DNA from: the human T2T-CHM13v2.0 reference genome, Homo sapiens
DNA: 64,000 nucleotides
NCBI RefSeq assembly: GCF_009914755.1
Contig: NC_060926.1
Reading direction: 5' to 3' (one strand)
Shown: positions 1 to 14,092 of the stretch, one piece after another
Position numbering within the stretch: the stretch's first letter is position 1
Layout of the letters: the number at the start of each line of letters is the position of its first letter
The notes under the pieces: generated by a model
What the model was told of the DNA's origin: nothing
Database searches by the model: none
The model's input: the letters and a program-made list of their open reading frames with translations, nothing else
Made by a program: the position numbers and the translations under genes

Positions 1-201
1 GAGACCAGTCTGGCCAAATGGTGAATCCCCATTTCTACTAAAAATACAAAAATTAGCTGGGCGTGGTGGCAGGCAACTGTAATCCCAGCTACTCAGGAGG
101 CTGAGGCAGGGAGAATCGCTTGAACCCAGGAGGCGGAAGTTGCAGTGAGCCGAGATGGCATCACTGCACTCCAGCCTGGGCGACAGAGCAAGACTCCATC
201 T

Positions 202-233
<32 letters not shown>
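1..233 (+). mobile_element. Alu SINE (AluS-like), cut by window start, long pure poly(A) tail
   Basis: Alu linker ctactaaaaatacaaaaattag, right arm through gcaagactccatctc, then ~31 A (203-233). Confidence 0.97.
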
Positions 234-237
<4 letters not shown>

Positions 238-814
238 ACATAAGTATATGTGAAAACATATCATCTTATCAGTAGATTCATGGTGACAATGACAACGGGA
301 AGCCACAGAAGGCCTTTAATAAGCATCATCTGAGGGTGAAAGTTATACAGAGATAGAAAAAACTACAGTCTTGGTGATGGTAATTTTATTACCCAACTCT
401 AAAGAGAAAACATTACACAGCATATAATGAGAATGGTACTCCTTGTTTATGGACCAAAATTTAACCCCAAAAGCTTTAGCCATAAGTAGGAGGCATATGG
501 CAAAAATATTTATGAAGTTTATTAACTGATGCAAACCAAAATCTCAATGTTTAGCCATAATCAGATATGGAGGAAAAATGGGGGTTTCTAGGAAGTTCTA
601 CTGGAAGGCAGGACTTTGACAACCCTTTTCCTGACAATGATGTGATGGGAAATTGGCACCAGAATCAGTCTGGTCATCCTTCACTTCTAATCTTTGAAGA
701 GAACTTGCTCATCTTTTTAAAACTTGATTGAGCTAATGCATCAAATCATTTTGCTATTTTAATGTAGGCATTAGGCAAGTTGACAGGTAGATCTTAATTA
801 TCTTTACAAAATCT

Positions 815-1113
<299 letters not shown>

Positions 1114-2424
1114 ATCTTTATATATATATTTTTAAAAATGAAACCTTAATACCAATTGCATAGTATCCTTAGATCAAAGTATAACTTACGAAAAATGGAG
1201 GAGCTAAGGGGAATATAATTTTGTTTAAAGTTTTGGGAGTTTTCATTAATTGATTTTCCTTTTAAATACCCTCCTTTTTTCCTTCCCCAGTATTTTAAGA
1301 ATTATCAAATAATTATCTTTTCCTCTCTTCTTATATTATTTTATAAAATACTTTCTGATGAAAAAAATTCTACTGATTGGTAGTTGCACATTATTAGTTC
1401 ATTTTAAAAGCTTTTATTTTTCTCCTTACATTTATCTGTTCTCAATCCATCTACTGCCAAGTACAGAGAGACTCCAGAGATTAGACTAGATATTTTGAGT
1501 TAATCAAAAATGCATCATTTGGTCCTAACTGTCTGGCAAACTGAAGCATCTGGCTAATAGTATCATTCTGCTAGTATTTTAGATACTAGTGATAAAAATA
1601 TTATGATGTATTTTCATTTTGAAGACAAAAGAATATAAATTGTTAAAATTTTAAATCAAATTATAATGATTCTTTTAGAGTGATTTTACTGATGATGAAT
1701 TGCATAATTTCATTAGAAAGGACTTCTTCCTAATTGCTTTTTATTGTTTGTAGTTATGTTTTGGGAAATGTGATTTCACTCCTGTTATGTTTGCATATAT
1801 GAATTAATGAGCTGAATTATAATAAGCTTCAGTGAACAAAATGAGATACTACATTTCAAGTAATTTTCTTTTCATCATTTTTAGCAAATCATTTGAAAAA
1901 GTTTAGATATAAAACTAACCAATTGTTTTTCTCAGGAAGAGGTCTTAGAATACACTTCTGTAATTGTTTCATCAGGCAAAAACACTATTATGGAAGCTTA
2001 TTTTAAAAATTATCCTTTATAATATATCACTGAAAAAGTATATTTAATAGGAAAAACAAATAGCAAAATATTTCAAATTATTCATGTCTTATGTAAAAGT
2101 TTTTATTTCCAGCAGGTGTTTCTTTTACATTTAAGTTCTGTATATATAGTGGTAAACTAGTCTTATGAGATTTCAAACATTATAGGTTTGTGACATTCTC
2201 TGATAATTTTTTTCATCATAATTCTGTGAAGAATTTTCTGAGGTTTGTGAGTAGGAGATTATGAATAAGTTAGGGGAATCTAGAAAACTCCCCACACATT
2301 CTACTTTCTAGATAAATATTCAGACTCCAACAACTTTCTTATTTACTAGAGGTGGGAATAATACTTTTTAGCAATTTTCTTTTACTGGTAACCTGTTACT
2401 GAAAAAAAAATGGTGATTGTATTT

Positions 2425-2825
2425 TTAGGTTGATGTTTGTAGCTATAACAAGTAAACCTTAGATTTTAAGTGGCTTAACACAACAGAATTTGTTTCTTGC
2501 TCAGATAACATTTCAGTGCAAATTTTCTGGGAGTCTTTGCTTTGCATGAAGTGCCATAAGCTACCTTTCTTTCACTTTGTTACTCCACTACTCCTAAAGG
2601 CCTTAGAATCCACCAAATTCAACAGTAAATGGGCAAAAAAGTAGTAAAAGCATGTCTGCTCTTTAAGAATTGAAAAATTACACAGATTTTTTTGTCCACA
2701 TTCCATTGGTGAAAAAATCGTCTGGCCAGAATTAAAGGAATGCAATTCCTGGTTGGAAAGCTCCCGTGCAGTGATACATTTATATCATGGAAGATAAAAC
2801 AGATTTTTAGTTGCTATCTAGTGGC
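2425..2825 (-). mobile_element. Old MaLR LTR (MLT1J/K-like)
   Basis: gctataacaagtaaaccttagattttaagtggcttaacacaacagaatttgtttcttgctca resembles the reverse-strand MLT1 end; internal cacattccattgg motif. Confidence 0.6.
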
Positions 2826-3224
2826 CCATCTTAGTACTGAAGGAATAGAACCAATATTTTACTTGTTATAAAAAATATCCATGCTTCTCTAATGACTATG
2901 CTAAATAAATAATTTTCATCTGACCCCAAATTAGCAGAATATTGTCCAAAATTATTACAGGTATTTATGTTAGTCCTACATGCTCTAATTTTTAAGTGAT
3001 ATCCTTTTGGCAATATTAATATTTATGGGCATCTAACTGGTCATACATAGATCATTCATAAATCTTTTCATTTCTCAGGAAATTTTGAAAAATGAAAATC
3101 TTGGAGAATTTTCCCAGATTATTCTTGCTTGATACCACTTAATCCTTAATCAAATGAATATGTTACTGACAATTATTCATTATTTCAATCCAAGAAGGGG
3201 TTGGTTCAAATATTCTTTTCTTTT

Positions 3225-3903
3225 ATTCAAAAAATAACAGATGCTGAAGAGGTTGTAGAGAAAAAGAAATGCTTACACACTCTTGGTGGGGGTGTAAATC
3301 AGTTCAACCTTTGTGGAAAACAGTGTGTCCACTCCTCAAAGAGCTGAAAACAGAACTAATGTTCAACCCAGCAACCCCACTACTGGGTATATACCTAAAG
3401 CTATGTAAGTAATTCTATCAAAAAGACACATACATATGTATGTTCATGGCAGCCCTAATTGTAATAGCAAAGACATCGAATCAACCTAGAGGTCCATCAG
3501 TGGTAGGATGGATGAAGAAAATGTGGTACATGTACACCAAGGAACATGCAGACATAAAAAAGAATGAGATCATGTCATTTGCAGGAACATGGAGAGAGCT
3601 AGAGGCCACTATACTTAGCAAACTGACGCAGGAACAGAAAATCAGATACCACCTGTTCTCACTTATAAGTGGGTGCTAAATGATAAGAACACATGGACAC
3701 ATAGAGGGGAACAATAGACACTCAGGTCTACCTGAGGGTGGAGGGTGAGAAGAGGGAGGGGATCAGGAAAAATAACGAATGGGTACTAGGCTTAACACAT
3801 GGGTGACAAAATAATCTGTACAACAAACCCCCATGACACGAGTTTACCTATAGAACAAACAGGCACATGTACCCCTGAACTTAAAATAAAACTTAAAAAC
3901 AAA
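3225..3903 (+). mobile_element. 5'-truncated L1 3' end (older L1PA, roughly L1PA11-14)
   Basis: ORF2 C-terminal remnant (ORF 3440-3679 ...EIMSFAGTWRELEATILSKLTQEQK...) and 3'UTR aaataatctgtacaacaaacccccatgacacgagtttacctat...aaaataaaa. Confidence 0.93.
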
Positions 3904-4559
3904 CAAATATTTTGTTGTTGTTGTTCTGTTTCTTAGATGTGACAATTCTAGATTGTACGTACTATGTACGTCAGAAAGAGGTTCTGAAAGTGAGTGTGTG
4001 GATGAGGTCTCCACTTCCCCTTACTACACTGTGCTAACCTGAACTCCCTTCTTAAGCCCAGAATTTAAACCTGATAGCTTAGTCCTTGCAAAAAAATCAC
4101 TCTCTCAGGATTGTTTTTCTTCTCTCTCTTTTCTTTGTTTTGTTGACTACAAGGCTAGCAAGTGAACATTTGCTGACAATTTCAGTACCTATTGACTTCT
4201 TACCACTTCTGTTATCTTCAGAATTTACATTAATTTTCATAGTAAAAGCAGCTCAAGTGTTTGGTGATTATTGTTGTTTTTAAATTTGTGGCTTGAATTT
4301 GATTTGTCTTTCAACAGAATATGAGAAGGCAATGAAAATGAAGGTGAGACACAATAAAGAAGAAGGTAAAGTAAAATATATGTAAAATATTATTTCAGAA
4401 GTAAGGTCAAACAAAAAACAAAAACAAAAAGGAAAGGCGATAAAGCCATATCATCAGCAGTCTTCATTAGCAGGATGCACACATATTATATTTTATATAT
4501 TGAGTCATATTTGATTAATTCCCAGGCAAAAAGTTGCTGTTTGTGTAAAACACATTTTA

Positions 4560-5608
4560 TTTTATATATTTTTAAATTATACTTTAAGTTCTGGGATACA
4601 TGTGCAGAACATGCAGGTTTGTTACATAGGTATACATGTGCCATGGTGGTTTGCTGCACCCATCAGCCCGTCATCTACATTAGGTATTTATCCTAATCTT
4701 ATCCGTCCCCTTGCCCCTAATCCCCCAACAACCCCCAGTATGTTATGTTCCCCTCCCTGTGCTCGTATGTTCTCACTGTTCAACTCCCACTTATGAGTGA
4801 GAACATGCGATTTTTGGTTTTTTGTTCCTGTTTTAGTTTGTTAAAAATAATGGTTTCCAGGTCATAAATGTCTCTGCAAAAGACATGAACTCAACCTTTA
4901 TATGGCTGCATAGTATTCCATGGTGTATATGTGCCACATTTTCTTTATCCAGTCTAACATTGATGGACATTTGGGTTGGTTCCAAGTCTTTGCTATTGTG
5001 AATAATGCTGCAATAAACACACGTGTGCATGTGTCTTTAGAGTAGAATGATTTATAATCCTTTGGGCATATACCCAGTAATGGGACTGCTGGGTCAAATG
5101 GTATTTCTGTTTCTAGATCCTTGAGGAATCACCACACTGTCTTCCATAATGGTTCAACTAATTTACACTCCCACCAACAGTGTAAAATCATTACTATTTT
5201 TCCACATCGTCTCCAGCAACTGTTGCTTCCTGACTTTTTAATGATCCCCATTCTAACTGGAGAGAGATGGTAACACATTGTGGTTTTGATTTGCATTTCT
5301 CTAATGACCAGTGATGATGAGCTTTGTTTCATCTGTTTGTTGTCCACATAAATATCTTCTTTTGAGAAGTGTCTGTTCATATCCTTTGCCCACTTTTTGG
5401 TGGTGTTTTTTTTTCTTGTAAATTTGTTTAAGTTCCTTGTAGATTCTGGATATTAGCCCCTTGTCTGATGGATAGACGGCAAAAATTTTCTCCCATTCTG
5501 TAGGTTGTCTGTTCACTCTGATGATAGTTTCTTTTGCTGTGCAGAAACTCTTTAGCTTAATTAGATCCCATTTGTCAATTTTGGCTTTTGTTGCAATTGA
5601 TTTTGGTT
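4560..5608 (-). mobile_element. 5'-truncated L1PA6/7-like element with 12-bp TSD
   Basis: attatactttaagttctgggatacatgtgcagaac... 3'UTR; ORF2 C-terminal peptides (5129-5516, [10 protein letters not shown]..., CWRRCGK...HCWWECKLV). TSD aaacacatttta at 4548-4559 and 5609-5620; minus-strand TT/AAAA target. Confidence 0.97.
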
Positions 5609-5923
5609 AAACACATTTTAAAAGCATAGTATGTGCCAGCTGACGGGGTGTTAAGATTTAAAGATCATTGGTGCTTTGCCCCTTGAAGGGAACAGGTAAC
5701 AGAATAGGTATTTCTGATGCTTAAACTTCTGTGCTAACATTTTTTTTTTTTTTTTTGCGATAAAAACATTCTCAGAGTTTCAGCCAGATAAAATAGAAAA
5801 TGTATGAATTTTTATTACAAAAATGATCTGTCAAAAAGCTTCAACCCCAACATTTATGAATACTGGTTCTATGTTTTACTATATTTACAATGGAACCTTG
5901 GTCAAGTAACCAACCTCTAGGAA

Positions 5924-5925
<2 letters not shown>

Positions 5926-5954
<29 letters not shown>
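5926..5954. repeat. (TG)n microsatellite inside a MIR remnant (~5890-6065)
   Basis: About 14 TG units; preceded by MIR-core-like accttggtcaagtaaccaacctct. Confidence 0.9.
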
Positions 5955-5956
<2 letters not shown>

Positions 5957-6349
5957 AAATCTGTACAAAGTAGATATACATTTTTAAGTTTTTAGTGCAT
6001 GATATAATTTACTTAACATTCTTAATAAGAGTGTGGGGAATAGTAGGTACTAAATACATATTAATTTCTATCTTATGGCTTCTAATTCCAAAATGAATGT
6101 ATCCATAAAATGATATGATCTTTTGTAAAGGTAGGTAATTGATACTGCCAATAATTAAGGCTGGCATGTTGTGATAAGTAATTCAAGATTATTTATCATT
6201 TAGTCTTAAACTACGTTTCCTAGTCCTTTTCCCTTTCTATACAAAAGAACAAGAGCAACATGATTTTGAGAATCATAAATAAATCAGGGACATTATGAAA
6301 TACCATAAAATAGTAATCTGTACATCAACTCTACATCGTAGTTTTTAGC

Positions 6350-6756
<407 letters not shown>

Positions 6757-6859
6757 AAAGACTCACTGGCAACAGTTATTGTGCCATAAAGAGTTGTCTA
6801 CATTTATGCTGTATATGGTCTCATTACAATTTTTTCCTCTCTCCATGACAATTTGACCC

Positions 6860-7790
6860 TACCCTACCACATTTGTGAGCTTCAGACTCCTATATCCTAT
6901 TGCCTTTTGAATGACATCAGTTATATACCCTGTAGGAGTCTAAACCTCAGAACAACACACACTGAATTTAGTACCTTTGTCTCAAATCTACTTCTCCTCT
7001 ATTATGCATCTGAATTATTAGCATGTAATCCACTCATGTGTTTAAGCCATAAATATAAGCATCAGCCTTAATGTCTTGCTTATCTTCTTTGTTTGCACCC
7101 AGTTCCACACCAAAAGTTCCACATATTCTCTTACTCATCTTGTGTATCTGGCCATATCTTTTCATACTTGGGGCCATTATCCTAGTGCCATTATCCTCTT
7201 GTTTGGACTATTTTTAAAGTTTTTTCATTGATCTCCTAGATTTCAGTCTTGCCCACTATCAATGCAATTTCTATATTGAGCCATCCAAAAACATATGATC
7301 GCCCTACTCTCTGACCTAAGATATTAATGTGACCTGTGATGTCCTTCATAATTGCCCCTTGCTTGCCTCTCACATCTCTTCTTACTCTATTCTGGATATT
7401 CGAGTCACACTAGCTTTCACTGTGTTTTCTGCATGTTGTTTCTTCTTTGAACATGCTGTCACTACTCCTGGAATCATACTTTCCTAATTCCTCTCTTTTA
7501 TGCTCCTGACTCATCTTCCTATGTCATCTCCTTCAGTCAGCCTTCTCTGACACTCAAATCTGTATAAAATTTTTTCTTAGGGGCTCTCATGGTACTGTAC
7601 TTCCCTTATCCCAGCACCAAAAAACACACTGAATTCTCCATCTACTTACTTATTTACTCAAAAATATTGAAAGCTTTCCAGTAAAACATGTTGATCTTGT
7701 TCTCAGCTGTGTTTCCAGTGATTTCTCCAGTACCTGATAAGTATTAGTTACCCAACAAATTTTTGGTGAATGAATGAGTAGAACTGAATG
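6860..7790 (+). mobile_element. L2 LINE 3' fragment
   Basis: Pyrimidine-rich L2-like body ending tcttgttctcagctgtgtttccagtg...aaatttttggtgaatgaatgag (typical L2 tail). Confidence 0.75.
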
Positions 7791-9003
7791 TATTGTTTCT
7801 GAACATGAAAGGAGATGACACATAATCATGAAGGAGGTATAAGGAGGTTCATCTATAGAGAGAAATTACTGGGGAGGGGCAGAAGGCAAAAGAAAAATTT
7901 AAAACTCGTCTGCTCTCTTCAATTTTTTCCCTAAAAGTATGGTCATATTTATCTACTGAAAATTAGGATTGTAGGGAAATTCAGCTGGGAAATTGAGAAG
8001 TGTCCTTCTCAACTTCCCAAAGTTCATTTTAGATTAATGGGAAGGAAATTTACAAATGGCGAGTAAAAAGAGTCTCGGAGTGATTTAGAAAACAATCAGA
8101 ATAATCTATTTGTAAAGGTTAAATCTATATTACTCAGGAATATTTACCAGTGTTCTACAGCTCAGGTATAAGAAGGAAGATGACAGAGCTTCCTTGGGAA
8201 GTTTTTACGAGTCCAGGGCTGCTATAAGAAACTACACAGTTTGAAGAATATGGAAATTATCCCGTGGATTTGGGACCCGAATCTGAGGATTCAAAAACTT
8301 TAATTCAGCTTTAGGACAGGTATGTGTTTTTTGGCCAAGGTCACAGATAAAGTAAAAATCAGCATATTACACACAAAATATAAGTATGTAAAGGGAATCT
8401 TACCAAGTGTAATTATTTAATAGTTTTCCTTTTATCTCTGTAAAAATAAGACAGAATAAACAAGTAACATCAACTCTAGAGAAATTGTTCACAAAATAAA
8501 GCAACTAGCGTGCCTAAATGACACTCTTCATATTTTCCTAAGGAGCATAGGATTTGCTTCAATGTATATTTATCGGTCTCAGAGTAACAACTTTTTCACT
8601 GTTGTGAAAATGCCACCACCATAAAATGTATCATGCTTTATTTTAGCAGATTGAAAATGGCCCTATAAGGCATGGGGCAATATTGGTGAAAATGAAGAGT
8701 GAACTATCATGGCAAATGTGCAATGGAGTTGTTGGCAGAAAGAGGATTTATGATGCAATGCAGAATATTAAATAGCTTTCCACAGAAAAAGAAGCAGCAT
8801 TTGATTACAAAGTCTTTTTAACCTAAATATATATTAGAGACTGAAAAAGTCCTGCATATATATACTGCAACCCCCATTCAAAGTTTTGCAATAAAATTCA
8901 AGAACAAAAAGAAAAACAATGAAACATTAACTAGTCTAAGACGAAAACAATTTGGAGTAAAAATATGAAATATGTCAAGCATTCAGATTTTGAGTGTGTA
9001 GAA

Positions 9004-9033
9004 GTGTGTGTGTGTGTGTGTGTATGTGTATGT
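9004..9033. repeat. (TG)n/(TGTA)n microsatellite
   Basis: Seen directly. Confidence 0.9.
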
Positions 9034-9509
9034 ATTTATTTCAAAACATCATTACAGAAAAGTAGACTTTTGTAATCATAACAAAACTGGTTTATGACTT
9101 AAAATTCATTCAAGTATGCAAAAATAATTTTATCCACAATTGAGAAATTGTAGAAATCTGTATATCCCTTCTCATTCTTGTTCTTCACTGAATTCTCTTT
9201 AAACAATAAGAGTTTCTCTTAAAATAGCCATGATATTTTAACTTTTCAAGCTTCTTGAAATCTCAATGCAATATCACTAAAGTATAGCATTTTGCCAAGT
9301 TTCATACACATAGGCACATTATATCTTGTCTCTGTGGATAATAATGCCTTAAAAGTCAGTATTTTCCCTAGACTTAAATGCTTTCCTGAAAGAAGGTAGA
9401 AATCCTTCTGCAGAGTAAGTATTTCAAGGAAATCACAGTCCTAATCATTCTAAATGGACATAATATAAATATGCATTCATGACTCAACACATTTTTATAA
9501 AACTTTTGC

Positions 9510-9612
9510 ATGATCTCTAGAGGGAATTGAGGTATTGTCAGCGTTTGTTCAGTGTATACGTGTGTAGAGGAAAAGTCAGAAGCCTGGTATTCTGCCATTT
9601 TGCTGACATCCC
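9510..9612 (-). mobile_element. Short 5'-terminal fragment of an old L1M
   Basis: Reverse strand reads gatgtcagcaaaatggcagaataccaggc..., like old L1 5' starts with the YY1-type AAAATGGC motif. Confidence 0.5.
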
Positions 9613-9759
9613 CATTTGCACGATTTTTATAACTATAGTGGCACATTCAAACAAGAACTAATATATAATAAATATAAACATTATTCTTGCTTTCTTGGAA
9701 AGGTGTCCAGTACTCCGACTTGTGCTTGGAAATGATGCTATAGACTAGATATAATATCA

Positions 9760-9970
9760 AAGGTCAGGCTTTTGGTGTTTAAAGACAACTGAGAGTGAAG
9801 TGGCAAATACAGAGTTAAAGGTCATGCACAATGGGCAACTCAATTTTGTCATGGTTAAAATCAGGATAATAATTTCTGCATTGCCAGCTTCAATTGAAGG
9901 AATAAGTAAAACTGAATACCTAAAGCCTAGCCAGTTTCCACAACATTGTAGACATGTAACAGATGTTACA
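9760..9970 (+). mobile_element. MIR SINE remnant
   Basis: caggcttttggtgtttaaagacaactg ... aaaatcaggataataat layout. Confidence 0.5.
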
Positions 9971-10454
9971 TAGCATTGTCACTCATACTTAGAGTAAGAA
10001 TTTGGTCTGTAATCTTCTAAATTATACAACATTAAAAAGTGGACGTTTTTATTCCTGTAAAATTTTATTGAATTATTATCATTTGAAGCATCATTCAATA
10101 TGGAAGAAATTATTTATGCGCCATTATTTGAAATATGTCTGGTCTGCCAAATGAGGCACACTTGTCATACACAGCTGGACAGAAGGAAGAAAGGCCAAGT
10201 TCCTTTGTTTGAAAACATTACAGTGTAACCAGGAAGGCCTGAGTGAAGAGAATAATTATAGAACCAATAAATAAAGATGTAGAGGGAAGGGTTTTAAACT
10301 CTCAGTTCCTGTTCTTGAAATTTCAAGGAAGTATTTAGATTTGAATGGGAAAAAAATGGAGCTCTTAAAATGTTAAGTGCCCTTGTCAACTGAACATCAA
10401 CAGAAGGAATAATGGAGTAATAAGCTGATAATAATAAGTAGTAGTAGAAGTAGA

Positions 10455-10662
10455 ACTAATGTTTACTTAAATGCACTTGATCCTGAGACTACACTGATAT
10501 GTCCTGTGCCTTCTCTCATTTAAGTCTCACTGTACCCCTGTTATTAACACTATCTTCATTTTAAGATGAGAGAGTTAAAAGCTAGATTTGATAGGCTGCA
10601 TAACTTCTCTAGAAAAACAAAGACAGTAAAGTGGACATGCAAGAATTTGAAGCCAGGTTCTT
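10455..10662 (-). mobile_element. MIR SINE remnant
   Basis: tctcatttaagtctcac...cattttaagatgag...gaatttgaagccagg. Confidence 0.7.
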
Positions 10663-13600
10663 ATGAGGAATAGTCATTATACACTAAATACAATAATGTG
10701 GGAATAATGAATTGTTCTGTGAAGCTCTGTTTTATTAATATCATATAAAATAAAATATTTGTGTTATTTAGTGTTCACTCATAATGTATGTTAAACTCCA
10801 TCTTATCTAACCCTTTTTTGTAGGAATCAACGTATAGACTAAAATAAAAAAAATGAAACTTGTTAACATACATACAAATAGACATTTGTATACACCCATG
10901 CATACAAGTATGATCACACATATCCACACATATGAACAGCATTCTACTTTTCATAACCTACTTTAGATAGCAGCTGTTCATTAGAAAGGAATAGCAGTAT
11001 GGTTAATACAATACACCCACTAACCATAAAATCATTTATACTTGACATTGAAAGTGTGTGTTTCATTATTTGTTTTGAGGGAATAGGCACATTTACAGCA
11101 GATTCTTATCAGAGCCCAAGCAAAAGAAAGAAATTGCAAGGCGACTCCCCAAATCAAAAAGAAATTAGAAGCTGCCCAAATATCCTGATTTTCCTCCCTT
11201 CTACTCTGGACTGAAGCATCTTTCTTAATTGCATGCTCTGAGCTGGGCTTTTACATTTTTCTCATTTTGCAGATCCTCAAACTATTTTCTTTGTAACAGG
11301 ATGGAGAAGAAAGAAGCTTTGAGTCAAGAGAGAGATTCCCAAATAGTATCGTATCTACGAGTTTCACGGCAACAGCAAGTAATCCACATCACCAAGTGGA
11401 AAGTCTATTCAATGACAAAAAAAGTAGGACTGTCTTTTGTTTCTTTCTCCCACAGTATTTGTTATTGTGAGCAGACAACTTTATAGATAGAAGTGATGAC
11501 AAATTTACCTTGATGCCACAATTTTGTCCCCATAAATCCTGTTCAATATTTAATTAGAATGGAGAGGTGTGTAACCAACATGACTGAACTCATGTGGGTT
11601 TTGTCAGGTGAAGACAAATGTCTTGCCTTTTAGTGTTTTTCTTTCATTGAAATGTGTTGGGCCTATTTGCAAAGAAAATGTAATAGTCTTACACTATTTA
11701 GAAATAGTTCATTTTAGGATGTGTCATCTCTTTTCATATTTTTTTGATATCCATTTCCAGTAGAATTGGTAAGAGTAATTTCATTTGGAATCAATTTCTT
11801 GGGCTGATTATGATTCTGCAGGTGTTATATGGTAACTTAATAACAGCTCTTATACATCTAAACCACCAGAGATAATTTAGAGTAGAAATGCCTATGGAAT
11901 AATATATTGCTGCGCCACTGAATTTCAAAAGAATTCATTATGATTAATAATATTACAATAGCAACTGGAGGAAGTAATAATGATTTGCCACAAGTTATAA
12001 GGACTCATTGAATAGTTTTAATCTTACTACATTTAAACATTGAACTGCAAGTAAATTCAGCAATACTCAATAATGAAATTTGGGGCTCATAATAATGCTA
12101 TTAATCATAACTAGATTTTGTACATTTTATGAGAAGGAATATACATTTGGTGGATTTCATTTAAATATTTTACTGATTTTGATAAAGCTATATGTGTGAT
12201 TTGGATCCTATAGTGAGTATGTCTTTACAAAAGCCATATTTGTTTTAAATGACTGATAGATTTAATTCCCTAGTGAATATTCCGTATTTGCACCAAAATC
12301 CATACTCTTCTTACAATTAAGAGAAATAGAGTGCTTTGGGGAAAATAAAGAGTGCTTTAGCTAATAAAAATACAGAAACATCCAATCCTCTCTTGCTTAC
12401 ATTACAGAATCTCTGTTTCAGAATTAGCTTACATCTATTTCTCTTCAGTTATTGGAGAAATCCTCAACACTGAACCTGGGTACAATTAGAAAATGAGTTC
12501 AAATAAATGAATAGTTATCAAGTTTCTGGCTCTTTCACATGGGATACGTGAGGATGAAGTATATGAAGAAGTATGAAGAAGTCAGGCTGCTTTATTGGGA
12601 ATTCGCTCTCATGGAATTCACAATAAAGGAGATGCAGAGCAATACAGAGCTCAATATAATGCAAGGTAAACCCTGTTCTACTAGGGAATGGAATAAAGTA
12701 CCCCAAGGAGAGAACAATTTATTCTGCTTGAATAGTTCACAGAACACTTCATAGAAGAGATAACATTTTCAGCCAGACTTGATAGATGAGAGAAATTTCA
12801 GCTGTTGAAGGTGGCATGAAAAACGTGCCAAAAATACTAGCAGAGAAATGGTGATGCTCAGTGGCCACAGGATACAGTGGGAAGATCTCAGATTCTTCTC
12901 TGGTATCCAGTTCCTCTGTGTTTCAATTAATGTATCTGTAAAATGTGTTACTTCTCTGTAATTATAATTTACTCCCACCTAACAGATTTTGCATCACCAA
13001 ACACATTAAGATAGTTTAAATCACATTATTGATTTTGGTGTAAAAATATTTTGATGATGACATTAAGAAAACACAGAAAATGCAATGATTATTTCAACAG
13101 AGAAGAGGTAAGCAGCATTATAATTGACTGGTCAAGATCATAGGCTAAGTCCCATTATAGCCAAATTAAGAGCCATGAGAAAAGCAAAATGCAGGAAAAG
13201 TAGAGATAAGATAGAAGACAAAATATATAAAACTGGTGAAAAGTAATAAGACAACAGTAAGATGCATAAGCTTGGACATGAATGAGTGAGAGTAGAGGCC
13301 ATGATTCAAACAAAGAGAAATGAATTCACAAATTATGAAAACAGTAGTGGTAATGGTGACACATAGGAAAAATAGTTAAGCAAGCCCTCCCAAACACTTC
13401 AGAGCATTTCACTGGGAACTCAGTAATCCTTAAATAGCTCTGCCAGAAAACAAGAGCAACCACCAGTTCTGAAAAGTAGTCTAAATACATATATTAAAAG
13501 TCACCTCAAAGGTCTCTATGGTAATGTTACATTTTAGCTCACATATCCTGGAAGGCGTATTTCCTAGGGCACTTCAGGTATTGGGATGGAGTCAGACACA

Positions 13601-14051
13601 AATACACTATAACCTCACTCACACTTATGCATCTCAACTTAACAAAGCATATGTCAGAAAATCATCCCTGCCTGTACTTTCCAAACTTTGTCTAATGCAA
13701 AGTAAAGGGAGTTATTTAAGAAAATTTTATTAACCTTCAAAACAGGAAAAATGAATATTGTATCTGAATTGAAAAGTTTAGGAAAAAATGTGTCCTCTGG
13801 TTAATCAAAATGAATACTCACTCATCTGCTTAATATGGATTTTTTTTTGACTATAAGAATTTGCTGCTCAAAACTTCAGATAATAGATTTTACAAACAGT
13901 TGTAAACAAACACTACATTCTGCATTTGGCTAAATTAGGGCCCTATGAAAGCATTTTTAATGTTGAAAAGAGGAAATAGTGAAATCTGATCTAATACTTA
14001 CAAAAATAAAACAGATACTCAAGAGCAGTTGTAGGTACTTTTTAGAAAGGG

Positions 14052-14092
14052 TTCAGCCATATTAAGACTAGATTCAGCCATATTAAGACTAG
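14052..14092. repeat. Perfect 21-bp-period tandem duplication
   Basis: ttcagccatattaagactag at 14052-14071 and 14073-14092. Confidence 0.97.

Noticed and set aside
8161-8325. Possible exon (ctacag|...cag|gtatgt)
   Set aside because: Weak pyrimidine tract; splice-like motifs occur often by chance; no supporting frame.
9954-9971. 8-bp inverted repeat atgtaaca-ga-tgttacat
   Set aside because: Expected by chance in 64 kb of AT-rich DNA.
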